This document shows positions 1 through 9,994 of a stretch of DNA of 64,000 nt, piece by piece (position 1 is the first letter of the stretch; each line of letters starts with the position of its first letter). The stretch lies in assembly GCA_965207185.1 (NCBI GenBank), contig OZ242271.1, positions 3,197,086 to 3,261,085 of the forward strand. Reading direction: 5' to 3'. Below the pieces are notes generated by a model. The model saw nothing but the letters and a program-made list of their open reading frames with translations. It ran no database searches and was not told where the DNA came from. The position numbers were made by a program, and so were the translations under genes. Source of the DNA: Chloroflexota bacterium (lineage in GTDB: Bacteria > Chloroflexota > UBA11872).

Positions 1-348
1 CGCGCGGCTGAGCCCAAAGCCCATTCGATACACGACGCTGTCCGCTCGTAGTTCCAGCACTTGAAGCAGACGCTCACCACGGGAGCCGCTCTGCTTGCCT
101 GCCATCCGGTAGTGACGACGGAACTGGCGTTCGAGCACTCCGTAGATCCGGCGGGCCTTCTGCTTTTCGCGTAACTGAATGGCGTACTCTGTAGGCCGCC
201 GTCGGCTGAAGCTGCGGGCCCCGGGACCGCCGCGGTCACCGCGGCGCTCAATGGCGCACTTCGGTGTGTGGCAGCGGTCGCCCTTAAGGAAGAGCTTTTC
301 GCCCTCCCGCCGGCAGAGGCGGCAGACAGGTCCTGTATAGCGGGCCAT
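1..348 (-). CDS. rpsD: 30S ribosomal protein S4 (3' end runs off window)
   Basis: Reverse-complement translation from ATG at 348-346 reads [36 protein letters not shown]...[17 protein letters not shown]. This is the canonical S4 N-terminus with the Zn-binding motif. The ORF is open to position 1. Confidence 0.9.
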   Translation of the reverse strand, partial: MARYTGPVCRLCRREGEKLFLKGDRCHTPKCAIERRGDRGGPGARSFSRRRPTEYAIQLREKQKARRIYGVLERQFRRHYRMAGKQSGSRGERLLQVLELRADSVVYRMGFGLSRA

Positions 349-380
349 TCGAGTTCGTCTCCCTGTGTTCTGGTTGCGGC

Positions 381-770
381 CTACACGCGCCGGCGTTTGG
401 GCGGCCGCGGACCGTTGTGGGGGATTGGCGTGACGTCCGAGATGCCAGAGACATTGAGGCCAACGGACTGCAACGCGCGCACGGCGGCATCGCGACCCGA
501 ACCGGGCCCTTTGACGAATACGTTAATGTCGCGCATTCCGGCGTCCATAGCGCGCTGCGCGGCCTGCTCGGCAGCCTGCTGGGCGGCGAAGGGGGTACTC
601 TTTCGAGATCCACGCGCACCGATGGTGCCTCCGCTAGCCGATGCGATGGTGTCGCCCATAGGGTCGGTGATGGTAATGATGGTGTTGTTGAACGTGGCGT
701 GGATATGCGCGGCGCCTCGCGGCACAGGTGCACGATTGCGACGTCGGGCCCGGCTTGAACGTTCGGCCAT
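381..770 (-). CDS. rpsK: 30S ribosomal protein S11
   Basis: 129-aa ORF containing ...[27 protein letters not shown]...KSTPFAAQ, the S11 signature. Confidence 0.95.
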   Translation of the reverse strand: MAERSSRARRRNRAPVPRGAAHIHATFNNTIITITDPMGDTIASASGGTIGARGSRKSTPFAAQQAAEQAAQRAMDAGMRDINVFVKGPGSGRDAAVRALQSVGLNVSGISDVTPIPHNGPRPPKRRRV

Positions 771-774
771 TGGT

Positions 775-1155
775 CTACCCTCGCTTAATCACGCGCTTGC
801 GAATGCCGACGGTCCGACGCGGCCCTTTGCGCGTGCGGGCGTTGGTTCGCGTGCGTTGTCCGCGCGTTGGGAGCCCGATGCGGTGTCGTAGTCCCCGGTA
901 GGAGCCTATTTCACGCAGGCGGGCGATGCTGGTCTGCACCACGCGGCGCAAGTCCCCTTCGACTCGCTCGCGACCGATCAAATCGCGGATCCGCCCAAGT
1001 TCGGCTTCGGTCAAGTCACTGACGCGAGTCTGTGGGTTGATATCGGCCTGCCGGACGATATGTGCGCTTGTCGTGCGTCCGATGCCATAGATGTGGGTCA
1101 GCGCAATGACCACCGGCTTTTGGCGCGGAATGTCAATGCCGGCAATACGAGCCAT
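775..1155 (-). CDS. rpsM: 30S ribosomal protein S13
   Basis: The ORF is longer (775-1224), but the S13 N-terminus [13 protein letters not shown] starts at ATG 1155-1153. I trimmed the start to that ATG. Confidence 0.9.
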   Translation of the reverse strand: MARIAGIDIPRQKPVVIALTHIYGIGRTTSAHIVRQADINPQTRVSDLTEAELGRIRDLIGRERVEGDLRRVVQTSIARLREIGSYRGLRHRIGLPTRGQRTRTNARTRKGPRRTVGIRKRVIKRG

Positions 1156-1168
1156 GTATCCCCCGTTC

Positions 1169-1282
1169 TTAGCCTTGCCGCTGCTTGTGTTTCGGATTGG
1201 AGCAAATGACCATGACGCGCCCATGCCGCCGGATAACGCGGCAGCGGTCGCACCGTGGTTTGACGGAAGCCGAGACTCGCAC
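1169..1282 (-). CDS. rpmJ: 50S ribosomal protein L36 (37 aa, GTG start)
   Basis: Manual minus-strand translation gives (M)[36 protein letters not shown]. This matches the L36 consensus ...[19 protein letters not shown]. The gene is below the ORF-track size cutoff. The GTG at 1282-1280 lies 5 nt after the infA stop. Confidence 0.7.
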   Translation of the reverse strand: MRVSASVKPRCDRCRVIRRHGRVMVICSNPKHKQRQG

Positions 1283-1287
1283 GATCG

Positions 1288-1632
1288 CTACCGTTCCACT
1301 CGTTGATCAGCCCGCAATCGCCAAGTAATTCGCCCGCGTGAAAGGTCGTACGGCGAGAGCTGCATCCGCACGCGGTCGCCGACGCCTACGCGAATGAAGC
1401 GCAGCCGCATCTTGCCGGCCAGATGGGCGAGGATGGCCTTGGGCTCGTCATCGCCACCGTCCCCGGTCTGGATGCGCAGTGGTTGACCGTTCGGCCCTAT
1501 GGGCTTGACGAGGAACATTGTGTTTGGAAGCGAGTCGACCACTTCGCCTTCAATCTCGATAACCGGCGTTTTGCTCGATGATTCTTCCGGCGGAGCCGGC
1601 GCTTCGTTATTTCGACTTCTGGGCGATGCCAT
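1288..1632 (-). CDS. infA: translation initiation factor IF-1 (atypically long, 114 aa)
   Basis: Contains the S1-like OB core ...LPNTMF.V...GKMR..FIR...GDRV...[12 protein letters not shown]. It also carries a roughly 17-aa insertion ([20 protein letters not shown]) and N- and C-terminal extensions. Confidence 0.85.
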   Translation of the reverse strand: MASPRSRNNEAPAPPEESSSKTPVIEIEGEVVDSLPNTMFLVKPIGPNGQPLRIQTGDGGDDEPKAILAHLAGKMRLRFIRVGVGDRVRMQLSPYDLSRGRITWRLRADQRVER

Positions 1633-1640
1633 GATGAACC

Positions 1641-2423
1641 TCAGGTTACCTCGGTGAGAACGCGTGGGCCCGACTCGGTAACTGCGACGGTGTGCTCAAA
1701 GTGGGCGGACAAGGAGCCGTCTTCGGTACGAGCGGTCCAGCCGTCGGCATCGAAAACTACCCCAGATGAGCCAATGTTTACCATCGGCTCAATGGCCAAT
1801 GTGGTTCCCGGCACTAACTTTGGCCCGCCGCCAGGCCGTCCGAAGTTCGGCACCTGGGGCGACTCGTGCATGGTGCGTCCGATCCCATGACCGACGAAAC
1901 GTCTCACGATGGTGAGTCCAGCCTCCTCGACGAGTTTCTGCACAGCAGCTCCGATGTCTCCAATGTGACCACCCGCGACCGACGCGCGAATGGCTTCAGT
2001 GAGTGCGACGCGAGTCACATCAAGCAGGCGGCTCGCGTCAGGGTCAATCTCGCCAACCGCGAGCGTACGCGCTGAGTCGGAGTGCCAGCCGTCAAGAATC
2101 ACTCCACAGTCCAGCCCAATGATATCGCCTTCACGCAGCACCGCGCTACCCGGAATTCCATGCACGATCGCATCGTTGATTGACGCGCATATTGCGCCGG
2201 GAAACGGACTCACCTGCGGGTCCGCCGCCGGCACGCCCTGAAACGAGGGGATACCGCCATGGTCGCGAATATAGGTCTCCGCGATCGTGTCAAGCTCCCC
2301 GGTGGTAACGCCTGGCTGAATCTCGGCCTCGATTTCGTCGAGTGCGCCCGCCAGCACACGGCCTGAGGCTGCCATTGCTTCAACTTGCTCGGGACTTTTG
2401 GAATTTATGGCCCCCGACATCAT
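1641..2423 (-). CDS. map: type I methionine aminopeptidase
   Basis: 260 aa with MetAP metal-ligand context ...FVGHGIGRTMHE...; sits in the canonical position after adk. Confidence 0.9.
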   Translation of the reverse strand: MMSGAINSKSPEQVEAMAASGRVLAGALDEIEAEIQPGVTTGELDTIAETYIRDHGGIPSFQGVPAADPQVSPFPGAICASINDAIVHGIPGSAVLREGDIIGLDCGVILDGWHSDSARTLAVGEIDPDASRLLDVTRVALTEAIRASVAGGHIGDIGAAVQKLVEEAGLTIVRRFVGHGIGRTMHESPQVPNFGRPGGGPKLVPGTTLAIEPMVNIGSSGVVFDADGWTARTEDGSLSAHFEHTVAVTESGPRVLTEVT

Positions 2424-2992
2424 CGGATTGCCGCCTTGAGCGCAATCCAGACGCGGTGCGCGACGGCTTCTACACCGCCAGCACCATTGACTTCCGCAAG
2501 GACGCCTGACTCACGGTAGTAGTCAATCAGCGGCGCGGTGTCCTCGTGGTAGACCTGCAAGCGGTAGCGGGCCGTCTCTTCTGTATCATCCGCCCGCCCA
2601 CGGGCAAGCAGTCGTTCAAGGGCCAGATGGTCGGGCACGTTGATATATACGACCGCCGTTACCGACAGGTTGAACTGAATGAGGAGGTCGTCCAGCTTCT
2701 CGGCTTGGTTGCGCGTACGGGGAAAGCCGTCAAAGCACGTGTCTCGTCCGCGGGCACCGCCCAAATACTCCTCGATCACTTGGAGTACCACTTGGTCTGG
2801 CACAAGCTGGCCGGTGTGCAGGTAAGACTCGGCCCGCAGGCCAGCGGGCGATCCGGCGGTGACCGCGTCACGAAAGAGATCACCTGTGGATACATGGTCG
2901 AGCGCGATACGGCGAGCCAGCCGCTCACCCTGGGTGCCTTTGCCAGCGCCCGGCGGCCCGAGCAACACTAAAATCACCGGACGTTCGCCCAT
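2420..2992 (-). CDS. adk: adenylate kinase (short form, no Zn lid)
   Basis: 190 aa with P-loop GPPGAGKGTQ and a ...GFPRT..QA..LD... segment. Confidence 0.9.
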   Translation of the reverse strand: MGERPVILVLLGPPGAGKGTQGERLARRIALDHVSTGDLFRDAVTAGSPAGLRAESYLHTGQLVPDQVVLQVIEEYLGGARGRDTCFDGFPRTRNQAEKLDDLLIQFNLSVTAVVYINVPDHLALERLLARGRADDTEETARYRLQVYHEDTAPLIDYYRESGVLAEVNGAGGVEAVAHRVWIALKAAIR

Positions 2993-2996
2993 TCAG

Positions 2997-4277
2997 CTAC
3001 CGAATGAATCCTTCGTAGTTGCGCATCATCAATTGAGACTCAAGCTGACGCATGGTGTCCAGCACAACTCCGACAACGATCAGCATTCCCGTGCTGCTGA
3101 TGGCCACCGCGTCCGCGCCGGTCACGGACTGTGCGACAAAGGGAACCACAGCGATGATCCCAAGGAACACCGCTCCCGCCAGCGTGATGCGGTTGACAAC
3201 ACCGGTGAGATACTGGTGCGTTGGACGGCCTGGGCGGATACCCGGGATAAAGCCGCCGTTCTTCTGTAGATTCTCGGCCAGGTTCTGCTGTTGAAAAACA
3301 ACCAGCGTGTATACGTACGTGAAGATGATGACGAGGAGAAAGGTGAATACCCAGTAGATGCCATTGCTGGGACTAAGGGTGAGCGCAATGGCTCCGGCTG
3401 CATTTGCCAGCCACGAGACGTCTGAGGTCTCGAAGTAACTGGCAACCGTCGCCGGAAGCAGCATTAGCGAGAAGGCGAAGATCAGCGGGATCATGCCCGC
3501 CGAATTGACCTTGAGTGGGATGTGTGTGCTCTGCCCGCCGTACATTCGGGTTCCCCGGATGCGCTTGGCGTAGTGGACCGGGATTCGGCGCTGGGCCTCC
3601 TGCACAAAGACAATGGCTGCGATCATGATGAGCCCGATAATTACGACGGCAATGAAGCCGCCGATGTTCTCGCCAGCAAAGAGCGACTGGCCCAACGCGG
3701 CAGGGGCGCCGGCCACGATTCCAGCAAAGATGATGATCGAGACGCCGTTGCCGATGCCGTTCTCGGTGATCAATTCGCCTATCCAGAGGAGAAACATCGT
3801 TCCCGCCGTCATAACGATCAGCATCACGAGGATGTCGAACGCGCCCAGGGTGGGAGACAACAGGCCTTGCTGAGCTGAGCGCAGGATCTGAATCTGGCCA
3901 AACCCTTGCAGCATGGCGAACGGGATCGTAGCCAGACGCGTCCACTGCGCGATCTTGCGACGCCCGGCCTCGCCCTCGCGGGAGAGTTCCTGCAGCGGTG
4001 GGATCAACGGAACCAGGACTGTCGAGGCAATGTTGGCGGTTACGTAGGGATAGACACCCAACGCGACGACCGAAAAATTCTCCAGCGCCCCACCGGACAG
4101 CAAATTCATGAAGCCCAGCAACTGGTTTCCGGCGAAGAAGTCGGCCAGCAGCTCCGTGTTCACGCCGGGGAGCGGGATGTGCGCAACGGCCCGGAATACG
4201 ACCAGCAGGCCGATTGTGAAGAGAATCTTGCGACGAACGTCGGGAAGCTGGAAGGCCGCGACGGCCGTCTCGATCAC
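2997..4277 (-). CDS. secY: preprotein translocase subunit SecY
   Basis: 426-aa multi-TM protein with a SecY-like N-terminus (ILFTIGLLVVFR) and a conserved plug/TM layout; canonical position after rplO. Confidence 0.93.
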   Translation of the reverse strand: MIETAVAAFQLPDVRRKILFTIGLLVVFRAVAHIPLPGVNTELLADFFAGNQLLGFMNLLSGGALENFSVVALGVYPYVTANIASTVLVPLIPPLQELSREGEAGRRKIAQWTRLATIPFAMLQGFGQIQILRSAQQGLLSPTLGAFDILVMLIVMTAGTMFLLWIGELITENGIGNGVSIIIFAGIVAGAPAALGQSLFAGENIGGFIAVVIIGLIMIAAIVFVQEAQRRIPVHYAKRIRGTRMYGGQSTHIPLKVNSAGMIPLIFAFSLMLLPATVASYFETSDVSWLANAAGAIALTLSPSNGIYWVFTFLLVIIFTYVYTLVVFQQQNLAENLQKNGGFIPGIRPGRPTHQYLTGVVNRITLAGAVFLGIIAVVPFVAQSVTGADAVAISSTGMLIVVGVVLDTMRQLESQLMMRNYEGFIR

Positions 4278-4720
4278 TCGCTCAACTCCTCAACGGAGCC
4301 ACCGGCGCTTTCGATCTTCGCCTTGGCCGCCGCCGAGAATCTAGGTGCGCGCACTGTCAATGCGCGGTCAAGGTCACCGCCGGCAAGGATCTTGAACAGG
4401 CCGGGCTCAATGAGGCCCTTTCCCTTGAGTTCCTCAGGCCCCACCACCGATCCCTCGGGAAAGACATTCAGCGCGCCCACGTTGATCGGCTGGTAGTCGC
4501 GTCTAAACCGATGGTTGGTGAACCCGCGACGTTGGGGGAAGCGCATGAGCAGGCGCGTCTGCCCGCCTTCGAATCCAGGGTATGCGTTGCTGCCGCTTCG
4601 AGCGCCCTGCCCCAGGGTGCCCCGGCCAGTTGTTTTGCCCTTGCCGGACCCCTCGCCGCGGCCAACGCGACGGCGTCGCTTTCGCGGTGGTGCGTCGGCT
4701 GTTATCTGATGCGGCTTCAT
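4274..4720 (-). CDS. rplO: 50S ribosomal protein L15
   Basis: 148 aa with the Gly/Arg-rich N-terminus RRVGRGEGSGKGKTTGRG typical of L15. Confidence 0.93.
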   Translation of the reverse strand: MKPHQITADAPPRKRRRRVGRGEGSGKGKTTGRGTLGQGARSGSNAYPGFEGGQTRLLMRFPQRRGFTNHRFRRDYQPINVGALNVFPEGSVVGPEELKGKGLIEPGLFKILAGGDLDRALTVRAPRFSAAAKAKIESAGGSVEELSE

Positions 4721-4917
4721 GACTGATCGCTGTTCGGCGCGTCCGACTCAACCTTGACGAGGTGCCCCACGACTCTAACCATGGCCCGCACGTCCGGCGT
4801 GTCGGGCCGAGATGACCGACGGCCAACCGCGCCTAGACCCAGGGCCTTGAGCGTGTTGCGCTGCGAGTCCCGAGATCCGATGGAACTCCGCACCTGACGC
4901 AGGCACAGTTCAGTCAT
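4717..4917 (-). CDS. rpmD: 50S ribosomal protein L30
   Basis: 66-aa ORF with L30-like ...LRQVRSSIG....TLKALGL...; canonical position between rpsE and rplO. Confidence 0.8.
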   Translation of the reverse strand: MTELCLRQVRSSIGSRDSQRNTLKALGLGAVGRRSSRPDTPDVRAMVRVVGHLVKVESDAPNSDQS

Positions 4918-5443
4918 CGGTGGACGCCTCCACCGCTTGCTTGCGGCGGGCTACGGTTTCTTCAGGTATCTGCAGGCTGGCCAAGCCGTTGACCGTGGCT
5001 CGGACCACATTCACGGCATTTGTTGAACCGATGATCTTGGTGAGCAGATTGCGAACGCCAGCAAGCTCAAGCACCGCCCGTACCGCGCCACCAGCGATCA
5101 CCCCGGTACCGGGGCGAGCGGGGCGAAGCACGACCTTGGAAGCCCGATAGCTCTCTTCAACATAGTGCGGGATTGAGCCGTCGTCGGTTAGGGGAATCTC
5201 AATCAGGGATCGGCGAGCGCGTTCCTGGCCCTTGCGAATGGCCGCTACCACTTCGTTGGCGCGACCGATACCTACGCCGACACGCCCGCGACGGTCGCCG
5301 ACTACGACTATGGCGTTGAAGCCGAAGCGGCGCCCGCCCTTAACAACCTTCGCCACGCGCTTGATTCGCACAACGCGGTCATCAAGACGATGAAGGTCCC
5401 CGGCGTCTGGACCGCCTGGGGCATGCCGAGTGTCGATGGTCAT
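4910..5443 (-). CDS. rpsE: 30S ribosomal protein S5
   Basis: 177 aa with ...[22 protein letters not shown].....GRANEV..AI.KG... S5 motifs. Confidence 0.95.
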   Translation of the reverse strand: MTIDTRHAPGGPDAGDLHRLDDRVVRIKRVAKVVKGGRRFGFNAIVVVGDRRGRVGVGIGRANEVVAAIRKGQERARRSLIEIPLTDDGSIPHYVEESYRASKVVLRPARPGTGVIAGGAVRAVLELAGVRNLLTKIIGSTNAVNVVRATVNGLASLQIPEETVARRKQAVEASTDD

Positions 5444-5793
5444 AGTGCGATGCCCCCCGTGCGTGCGGCGTCAGCCAACGCCTTAACGCGTCCGTGGTAG
5501 CGGTGGCCGCCACGGTCAAACACCACAGCGGTTATGTCAAGTTCCTTCGCGCGCTCGGCCAAACGCGCACCAACATCCGCCGCACGCTCAAGCTTGGTGG
5601 CGCCCTGCGTTGTGGATTCACGCGAGGAGGCGGCGGCCAGCGTATGTCCAGCCACATCGTCGATCACCTGTGCGTAGGTGTGTTTAAGGCTACGGAATAC
5701 TGCGAGGCGAGGCCGCCCGGGGCGACCGACGACCCGCCGGCGGATTCGGCGGTGCCTGCGCTTGCGCGCCGCTTGTCGGTTCTCAGGTGCCAT
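5440..5793 (-). CDS. rplR: 50S ribosomal protein L18
   Basis: 117 aa with ...[19 protein letters not shown]... and ...[24 protein letters not shown], the L18 signature. Confidence 0.93.
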   Translation of the reverse strand: MAPENRQAARKRRHRRIRRRVVGRPGRPRLAVFRSLKHTYAQVIDDVAGHTLAAASSRESTTQGATKLERAADVGARLAERAKELDITAVVFDRGGHRYHGRVKALADAARTGGIAL

Positions 5794-5805
5794 TCGTCAA
5801 TTCAC

Positions 5806-6357
5806 CTATGCCACAGTTGTTGCGGCGGTCTTGCCGGGCTTTAGCCGAACGACTTCGCCCTGGTAACGGAGTCCGTGACCCTTGTAGGGATCGGCGGGTC
5901 GGATTGCTCGAAGGTCCGCCGCAATCTGGCCCACCGCCTGTTTGTCGATACCACGGATGACGATATGGGTCGGGTCGGGCACTTCGAACTCAATGCCACG
6001 AGGTGCCTGGCGCCGCTGCGGATGAGTGAACCCCAACTGCAGGTCGAGCGTGCTGCCCTGGAGTTGGACTCGGTAGCCGGTGCCCTGGATCTCGAGTCGC
6101 TTCTCATATCCCTGCGTGACGCCAAGGATCATGTTGGCTACCAACTGGCGAGCCAACCCATGCATGGCACGGATCCGGTGCTCGTCGCTAGGACGGCTGG
6201 CCAGTAGGCGACCGTTGTCGGGCGTAAATTTGATGATTTGCGGAAGGGCTTGAACCAACTCGCCCTTGGGCCCCTTCACGGTCACGACGTTGTCCGCATC
6301 GAAGCTGACAGTCACTCCATCCGGCACATCAATGGGAGTCAAACCAATGCGAGACAT
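5806..6357 (-). CDS. rplF: 50S ribosomal protein L6
   Basis: The ORF extends to 6465, but the L6 N-terminus MSRIGLTPIDVP begins at aa 37 of that ORF. I trimmed the start to ATG 6357, which sits just after the rpsH stop. Confidence 0.88.
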   Translation of the reverse strand: MSRIGLTPIDVPDGVTVSFDADNVVTVKGPKGELVQALPQIIKFTPDNGRLLASRPSDEHRIRAMHGLARQLVANMILGVTQGYEKRLEIQGTGYRVQLQGSTLDLQLGFTHPQRRQAPRGIEFEVPDPTHIVIRGIDKQAVGQIAADLRAIRPADPYKGHGLRYQGEVVRLKPGKTAATTVA

Positions 6358-6361
6358 AGCC

Positions 6362-6751
6362 CTACCAGACGAAACAGATGATTTCGCCGCCGAGGCGACG
6401 TTTGGCGGCTTCGCGGCCGGACATGATGCCCTGTGAGGTGGAGATAACGGCGGTACCAATGCCACCCATCACTCGCGGAATCTCGCGCGACCGGGTATGG
6501 ATGCGGAGACCGGGACGACTGACGCGCTTGGCGCCGCCGAACGCCGGCTCGCCGTTCTGGTAGCGCAGACTTACTTCCAACCAGTCGCGATGGCCTTCGT
6601 GGATAGTCTCAATGGATCCGACGAAGCCTTCGTCAGCAAGGAGTGCCGCGATTCGGGCCTTGGTCTTCGAATGCGGGATGCGGACTTTGGTGTGACGAGC
6701 CGCCACGGCGTTCCGCAGCCGCGCCAGCATGTCCGCAATCGGGTCGGTCAT
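6362..6751 (-). CDS. rpsH: 30S ribosomal protein S8
   Basis: 129 aa: [15 protein letters not shown]...GGEIICFVW, classic S8 ends. Confidence 0.95.
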   Translation of the reverse strand: MTDPIADMLARLRNAVAARHTKVRIPHSKTKARIAALLADEGFVGSIETIHEGHRDWLEVSLRYQNGEPAFGGAKRVSRPGLRIHTRSREIPRVMGGIGTAVISTSQGIMSGREAAKRRLGGEIICFVW

Positions 6752-6758
6752 GGTCGGC

Positions 6759-6998
6759 TCACCAACTCGCTTTCGTCACGCCCGGGATATGCCCCTTTAC
6801 GGCGAGTTCCCGGAAGCAGATTCGGCATATACCGAACCTGCGCATATGCGCGCGCGGTCGCCCGCAGAGTCGGCACCGATTGCGGTAGCGTACTTTGAAG
6901 CGTAGTTTGCGCCCCCGAATAGACTTGGACTCAAACTCAGGGTCCAGCCAGGCCTCGCGCTCGCGTTTCCACTTTTCAACTTTTGCCTTTCTCGCCAT
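6759..6998 (-). CDS. rpsZ: 30S ribosomal protein S14 type Z (Zn-binding; longer than usual at 79 aa)
   Basis: Contains CRLCGR...CRIC (four Cys) plus ...[18 protein letters not shown], the S14 Zn-type C-terminus. Confidence 0.85.
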   Translation of the reverse strand: MARKAKVEKWKREREAWLDPEFESKSIRGRKLRFKVRYRNRCRLCGRPRAHMRRFGICRICFRELAVKGHIPGVTKASW

Positions 6999-7007
6999 GT
7001 CCGAACC

Positions 7008-7562
7008 TCAGGCCGCCTCTTCGAGGCGTTGGAACGGCATGCCGAAGAGTTCGAGCAGCCGCAGGGCTTCTCCGTCCGTGGGCGCGGTCGTCACGATGAT
7101 GACCTGCAAGCCACGGATTCGATCGATCTGATCGTAGTCGATCTCTGGAAAAATGAGTTGCTCGGTCAACCCCAGCGCGTAATTCCCGCGGCCGTCGAAC
7201 GATGTACGCAGAACGCCCCGGAAGTCGCGCATACGGGGCAAAGCGACGGTGACGAGTCGGTCCAAGAACTCATACATTCGGGTACTGCGCACCGTACCCT
7301 TCACGCCAACTCGTTGCCCGGCGCGTAGCTTGAAGGCCGCCACGCTCTTGCGTGCCCGCGTAACCACTGGACGTTGCCCGGTAATGGTGGCGATATCACG
7401 GACCACGTGGTCCACGGCTGCATCGTTTTCGAGCGCTTCGCCCAGCCCGACGTTCACGATGATTCGGTCCAGGCGCGGGACCGCAAGCGGGTTGGAATAC
7501 CCAAACTCCCGCATCATCTGCGGTCGAATTTCTTCCCGATAGCGCGCGAGGAGACGAGCCAT
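7008..7562 (-). CDS. rplE: 50S ribosomal protein L5
   Basis: 184 aa: ...NPLAVPRLDRIIVNVGLGEA.....GQRPVVTRARKSVAAFKLR.G... Confidence 0.95.
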   Translation of the reverse strand: MARLLARYREEIRPQMMREFGYSNPLAVPRLDRIIVNVGLGEALENDAAVDHVVRDIATITGQRPVVTRARKSVAAFKLRAGQRVGVKGTVRSTRMYEFLDRLVTVALPRMRDFRGVLRTSFDGRGNYALGLTEQLIFPEIDYDQIDRIRGLQVIIVTTAPTDGEALRLLELFGMPFQRLEEAA

Positions 7563-7891
7563 TACACGTCAATCTGTTCGTTGCATTTGCGGCAACTGCG
7601 CCGCTTCACACCATCGTCGCTCAGCCTGTATCCGACTCGGGCCGGCTGGTCGCAGACGGGGCACACCAACATGACGTTCGAGACATCAAGCGGTGCGTTG
7701 AAGTCAATGATACCCGCCGGCTGTCCGATTGCTCGCGGCCTGGCATGGCGCTTGCGGACATTGACGCCTTCTACTACGACCCGACCGGTCGCGGGAACCA
7801 CGCGTTCAACGACGCCGCGCCGGCCCACGTCACGCCCCTGCACGACCTGGATGGTGTCGCCTTTTCGAATTCGAAATCGCCGCACGGACAT
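7562..7891 (-). CDS. rplX: 50S ribosomal protein L24 with a C-terminal CxxC-x19-CxxC zinc-ribbon extension
   Basis: N-terminal KOW region (RIRKGDTIQVVQGRDVGRRGVV..V) followed by ...VCPVCDQPARVGYRLSDDGVKRRSCRKCNEQIDV. Confidence 0.88.
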   Translation of the reverse strand: MSVRRFRIRKGDTIQVVQGRDVGRRGVVERVVPATGRVVVEGVNVRKRHARPRAIGQPAGIIDFNAPLDVSNVMLVCPVCDQPARVGYRLSDDGVKRRSCRKCNEQIDV

Positions 7892-7893
7892 GT

Positions 7894-8259
7894 CTACAGG
7901 ACCTCGGGCGCGAGGGAAACTATGCGCATGAATTGGCGGTCACGCAATTCGCGCCCTACCGGACCGAAGATGCGCGTGCCACGCGGCACGTCGCCCTCAA
8001 GCAGAACCGCAGCATTGTCGTCGAAGCGAATGCGCGACCCGTCTGGCCGCCGATACTCTTTGTTGACCCGAACGACAACCGCATGCACAACGGACCCGCG
8101 GGGCACGGCACTGTTCGGAGCCGCCTGCTTCACGCTGCCCACGATAATATCGCCGACGCGTGCGTACTTGCGGGACGACCCGCCCAGCACGCGGATGCAC
8201 ATAATCTCGCGCGCCCCACTGTTGTCGGCCACTCTCAGCCGACTTTGTTGCTGAATCAT
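7894..8259 (-). CDS. rplN: 50S ribosomal protein L14
   Basis: 121 aa: [27 protein letters not shown]... Confidence 0.95.
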   Translation of the reverse strand: MIQQQSRLRVADNSGAREIMCIRVLGGSSRKYARVGDIIVGSVKQAAPNSAVPRGSVVHAVVVRVNKEYRRPDGSRIRFDDNAAVLLEGDVPRGTRIFGPVGRELRDRQFMRIVSLAPEVL

Positions 8260-8264
8260 GGCCG

Positions 8265-8603
8265 CTAGACCTGCTCGGAGACTTCGAAGTTGGCGTTCGC
8301 TTCGCCCTCGGCCGCCCCTGTACTGAAGGCCGCCTGACGCTCCTCGTCGGTAAGTTGGGTGCGCTCGAGCACCTCGACCAGTCGCCAGCGCTTGCGCCGA
8401 CTCATAGGCCGCGATTCCTCGATCTGCACCACATCACCAATGCGGCAGGTGTTTTCCGGATCGTGGGCCATAAACTTACGGCGAATGCGCACCGGCTTCT
8501 TGTACAGCCGATGGCGGCGGATTGATTCCACCTCGACGGTAATGGTTTTGTCCGCCCGATCGCTGGCAACGCGACCGATTCGGCGAGCACGAGCCCCAGG
8601 CAC
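8265..8603 (-). CDS. rpsQ: 30S ribosomal protein S17 (with C-terminal extension)
   Basis: Core ...[64 protein letters not shown]..., followed by a roughly 30-aa tail. Confidence 0.9.
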   Translation of the reverse strand: MPGARARRIGRVASDRADKTITVEVESIRRHRLYKKPVRIRRKFMAHDPENTCRIGDVVQIEESRPMSRRKRWRLVEVLERTQLTDEERQAAFSTGAAEGEANANFEVSEQV

Positions 8604-8606
8604 TGG

Positions 8607-8822
8607 CTAGGCCTCCTCAATCTCGACAGCGGCCAACACCCGTTCGCGCTGAACGGTCAGCATGCGCGCAATATCGCGCCGCACGTGGCGAAGCTGCGAG
8701 GTATCCGCCAGTTGCAGCGTCGCGTGCTGGACGCGCAGGCGGAATAGTTCTTCCTTGGTTTCCGAAATTCGAGTCTCCAGTTCGTCATCGCTCAGGTCTC
8801 GGAATTGATTAGCGTTAGCCAA
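8607..8822 (-). CDS. rpmC: 50S ribosomal protein L29 (TTG start)
   Basis: The ORF track extends to 8924. The L29 core ([32 protein letters not shown]...) begins at TTG 8822-8820, which has GGAGG 7 nt upstream (fwd cctcc 8829-8833). The TTG overlaps the rplP stop. Confidence 0.75.
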   Translation of the reverse strand: MANANQFRDLSDDELETRISETKEELFRLRVQHATLQLADTSQLRHVRRDIARMLTVQRERVLAAVEIEEA

Positions 8823-9240
8823 CGGCGACCTCCGCAGAACGCGACACGACACGAGTCTGAACCGAGAGCTTGTGCGACGCGAGACGCATGGCCTCACGGG
8901 CCATTGTTTCTTCAACGCCGGCAAGTTCGAAGAGAATGCGCCCTGGCTTGATCACGGCGACCCAACTCTCAACGTTGCCTTTCCCACTGCCCATGCGGAC
9001 TTCGGCCGGTTTCTGGGTGACGGGTTTGTCTGGAAAGACACGAATCCAAAGCTGGCCTGTACGCCGAACCGAATGGGTGATCGCCCGACGGGCCGCTTCG
9101 ATCTCGCGGCTGTCGACCCACCCCACGGTGGTGGCCTGCAGCCCGAAGTCACCGGAGACGAGCGAGTTGCCACGTCCAGCCCGGCCACGGCGCCGCCCTC
9201 GGTGCATCTTGCGGAACTTCGTTCGCTTGGGCATCAACAT
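8815..9240 (-). CDS. rplP: 50S ribosomal protein L16
   Basis: The ORF extends to 9342, but the L16 N-terminus [15 protein letters not shown] starts at aa 35 of that ORF. I trimmed the start to ATG 9240, just after the rpsC stop. Confidence 0.88.
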   Translation of the reverse strand: MLMPKRTKFRKMHRGRRRGRAGRGNSLVSGDFGLQATTVGWVDSREIEAARRAITHSVRRTGQLWIRVFPDKPVTQKPAEVRMGSGKGNVESWVAVIKPGRILFELAGVEETMAREAMRLASHKLSVQTRVVSRSAEVAVG

Positions 9241-9242
9241 GG

Positions 9243-9992
9243 CTAACCTCGCGGTGGCCGACGTCGACGGCCTGCGACCGGTCGTGATACCGACTCCGAC
9301 AAGAACTCGGCGGCATCCCGCGCTGCCCCGCGGTGGACCCACCCCTTCACACCAATCCGGCCCGCTGTCGTTCGAGCTTCAGTGAAGCCGTAGTCGATGT
9401 CGGCATCCAGCGTCTGGAGCGGAACGGTGCCCAGCAGCTCGAACTCGCTACGCGACATTTCGCGGCCACCCAAGCGTCCGCTCACCATGATCTTTACGCC
9501 CTGCGCACCGGCACGCATGGTTCGTTCCGCCGTCATCTTGATTGCCCGACGGAAAGAAACCCGGCGCTCCAGTTGATCGGCGACATTACGAACGACGAGA
9601 AACGCGTCGAGTTCGGGTTGACTGATCTCTTCGACATCCACGACCACGCGCTTGCCGGTGTGCCGCTCAATTCGGTTCTGAATTTCCTCGCGGTTACTAC
9701 CGCCTCGCCCGATCACAATGCCTGGCCGTGCCGTATGGATGACGACTCGAACCTGGCTGACCTGGCGCTCGATCTCGATCTTGGATACCCCGGCCCCGTA
9801 GCTGCCACGCCTGCGGCCACCGCGGCGAGCCGCATTGCGCCCGTTGGGTGCTTCGAGGTACCGACGTACCAGATCGCGGATTGCCAAGTCTTCCAGCAAC
9901 AACTCCGTGTAGTCGCGATCGGCGTACCACGTACTTTCCCAACGCGTGGTGTAGCCCAGGCGGTAGCCGGTGGGATGAACCTTGCGCCCCAT
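9243..9992 (-). CDS. rpsC: 30S ribosomal protein S3 (with Arg/Gly-rich insertion)
   Basis: [24 protein letters not shown]...[16 protein letters not shown] (KH domain) ...[18 protein letters not shown]....G.VPL.TL.ADIDYG. Confidence 0.93.
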   Translation of the reverse strand: MGRKVHPTGYRLGYTTRWESTWYADRDYTELLLEDLAIRDLVRRYLEAPNGRNAARRGGRRRGSYGAGVSKIEIERQVSQVRVVIHTARPGIVIGRGGSNREEIQNRIERHTGKRVVVDVEEISQPELDAFLVVRNVADQLERRVSFRRAIKMTAERTMRAGAQGVKIMVSGRLGGREMSRSEFELLGTVPLQTLDADIDYGFTEARTTAGRIGVKGWVHRGAARDAAEFLSESVSRPVAGRRRRPPRG

Positions 9993-9994
9993 GC

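Noticed and set aside
5806-6465. N-terminally extended ORF-track calls for rplF, and likewise rpsM (to 1224), rplP (to 9342), rpmC (to 8924), rpsL (to 17750), lon (to 57440), grpE-2 (to 53301), Nudix (to 47886), creatininase (to 48551), the sugar transferase (to 34091) and the lipoprotein (from 42953)
   Set aside because: The extensions overlap the upstream genes, and the conserved protein N-termini begin at internal ATG/GTG/TTG codons. Starts were trimmed accordingly.
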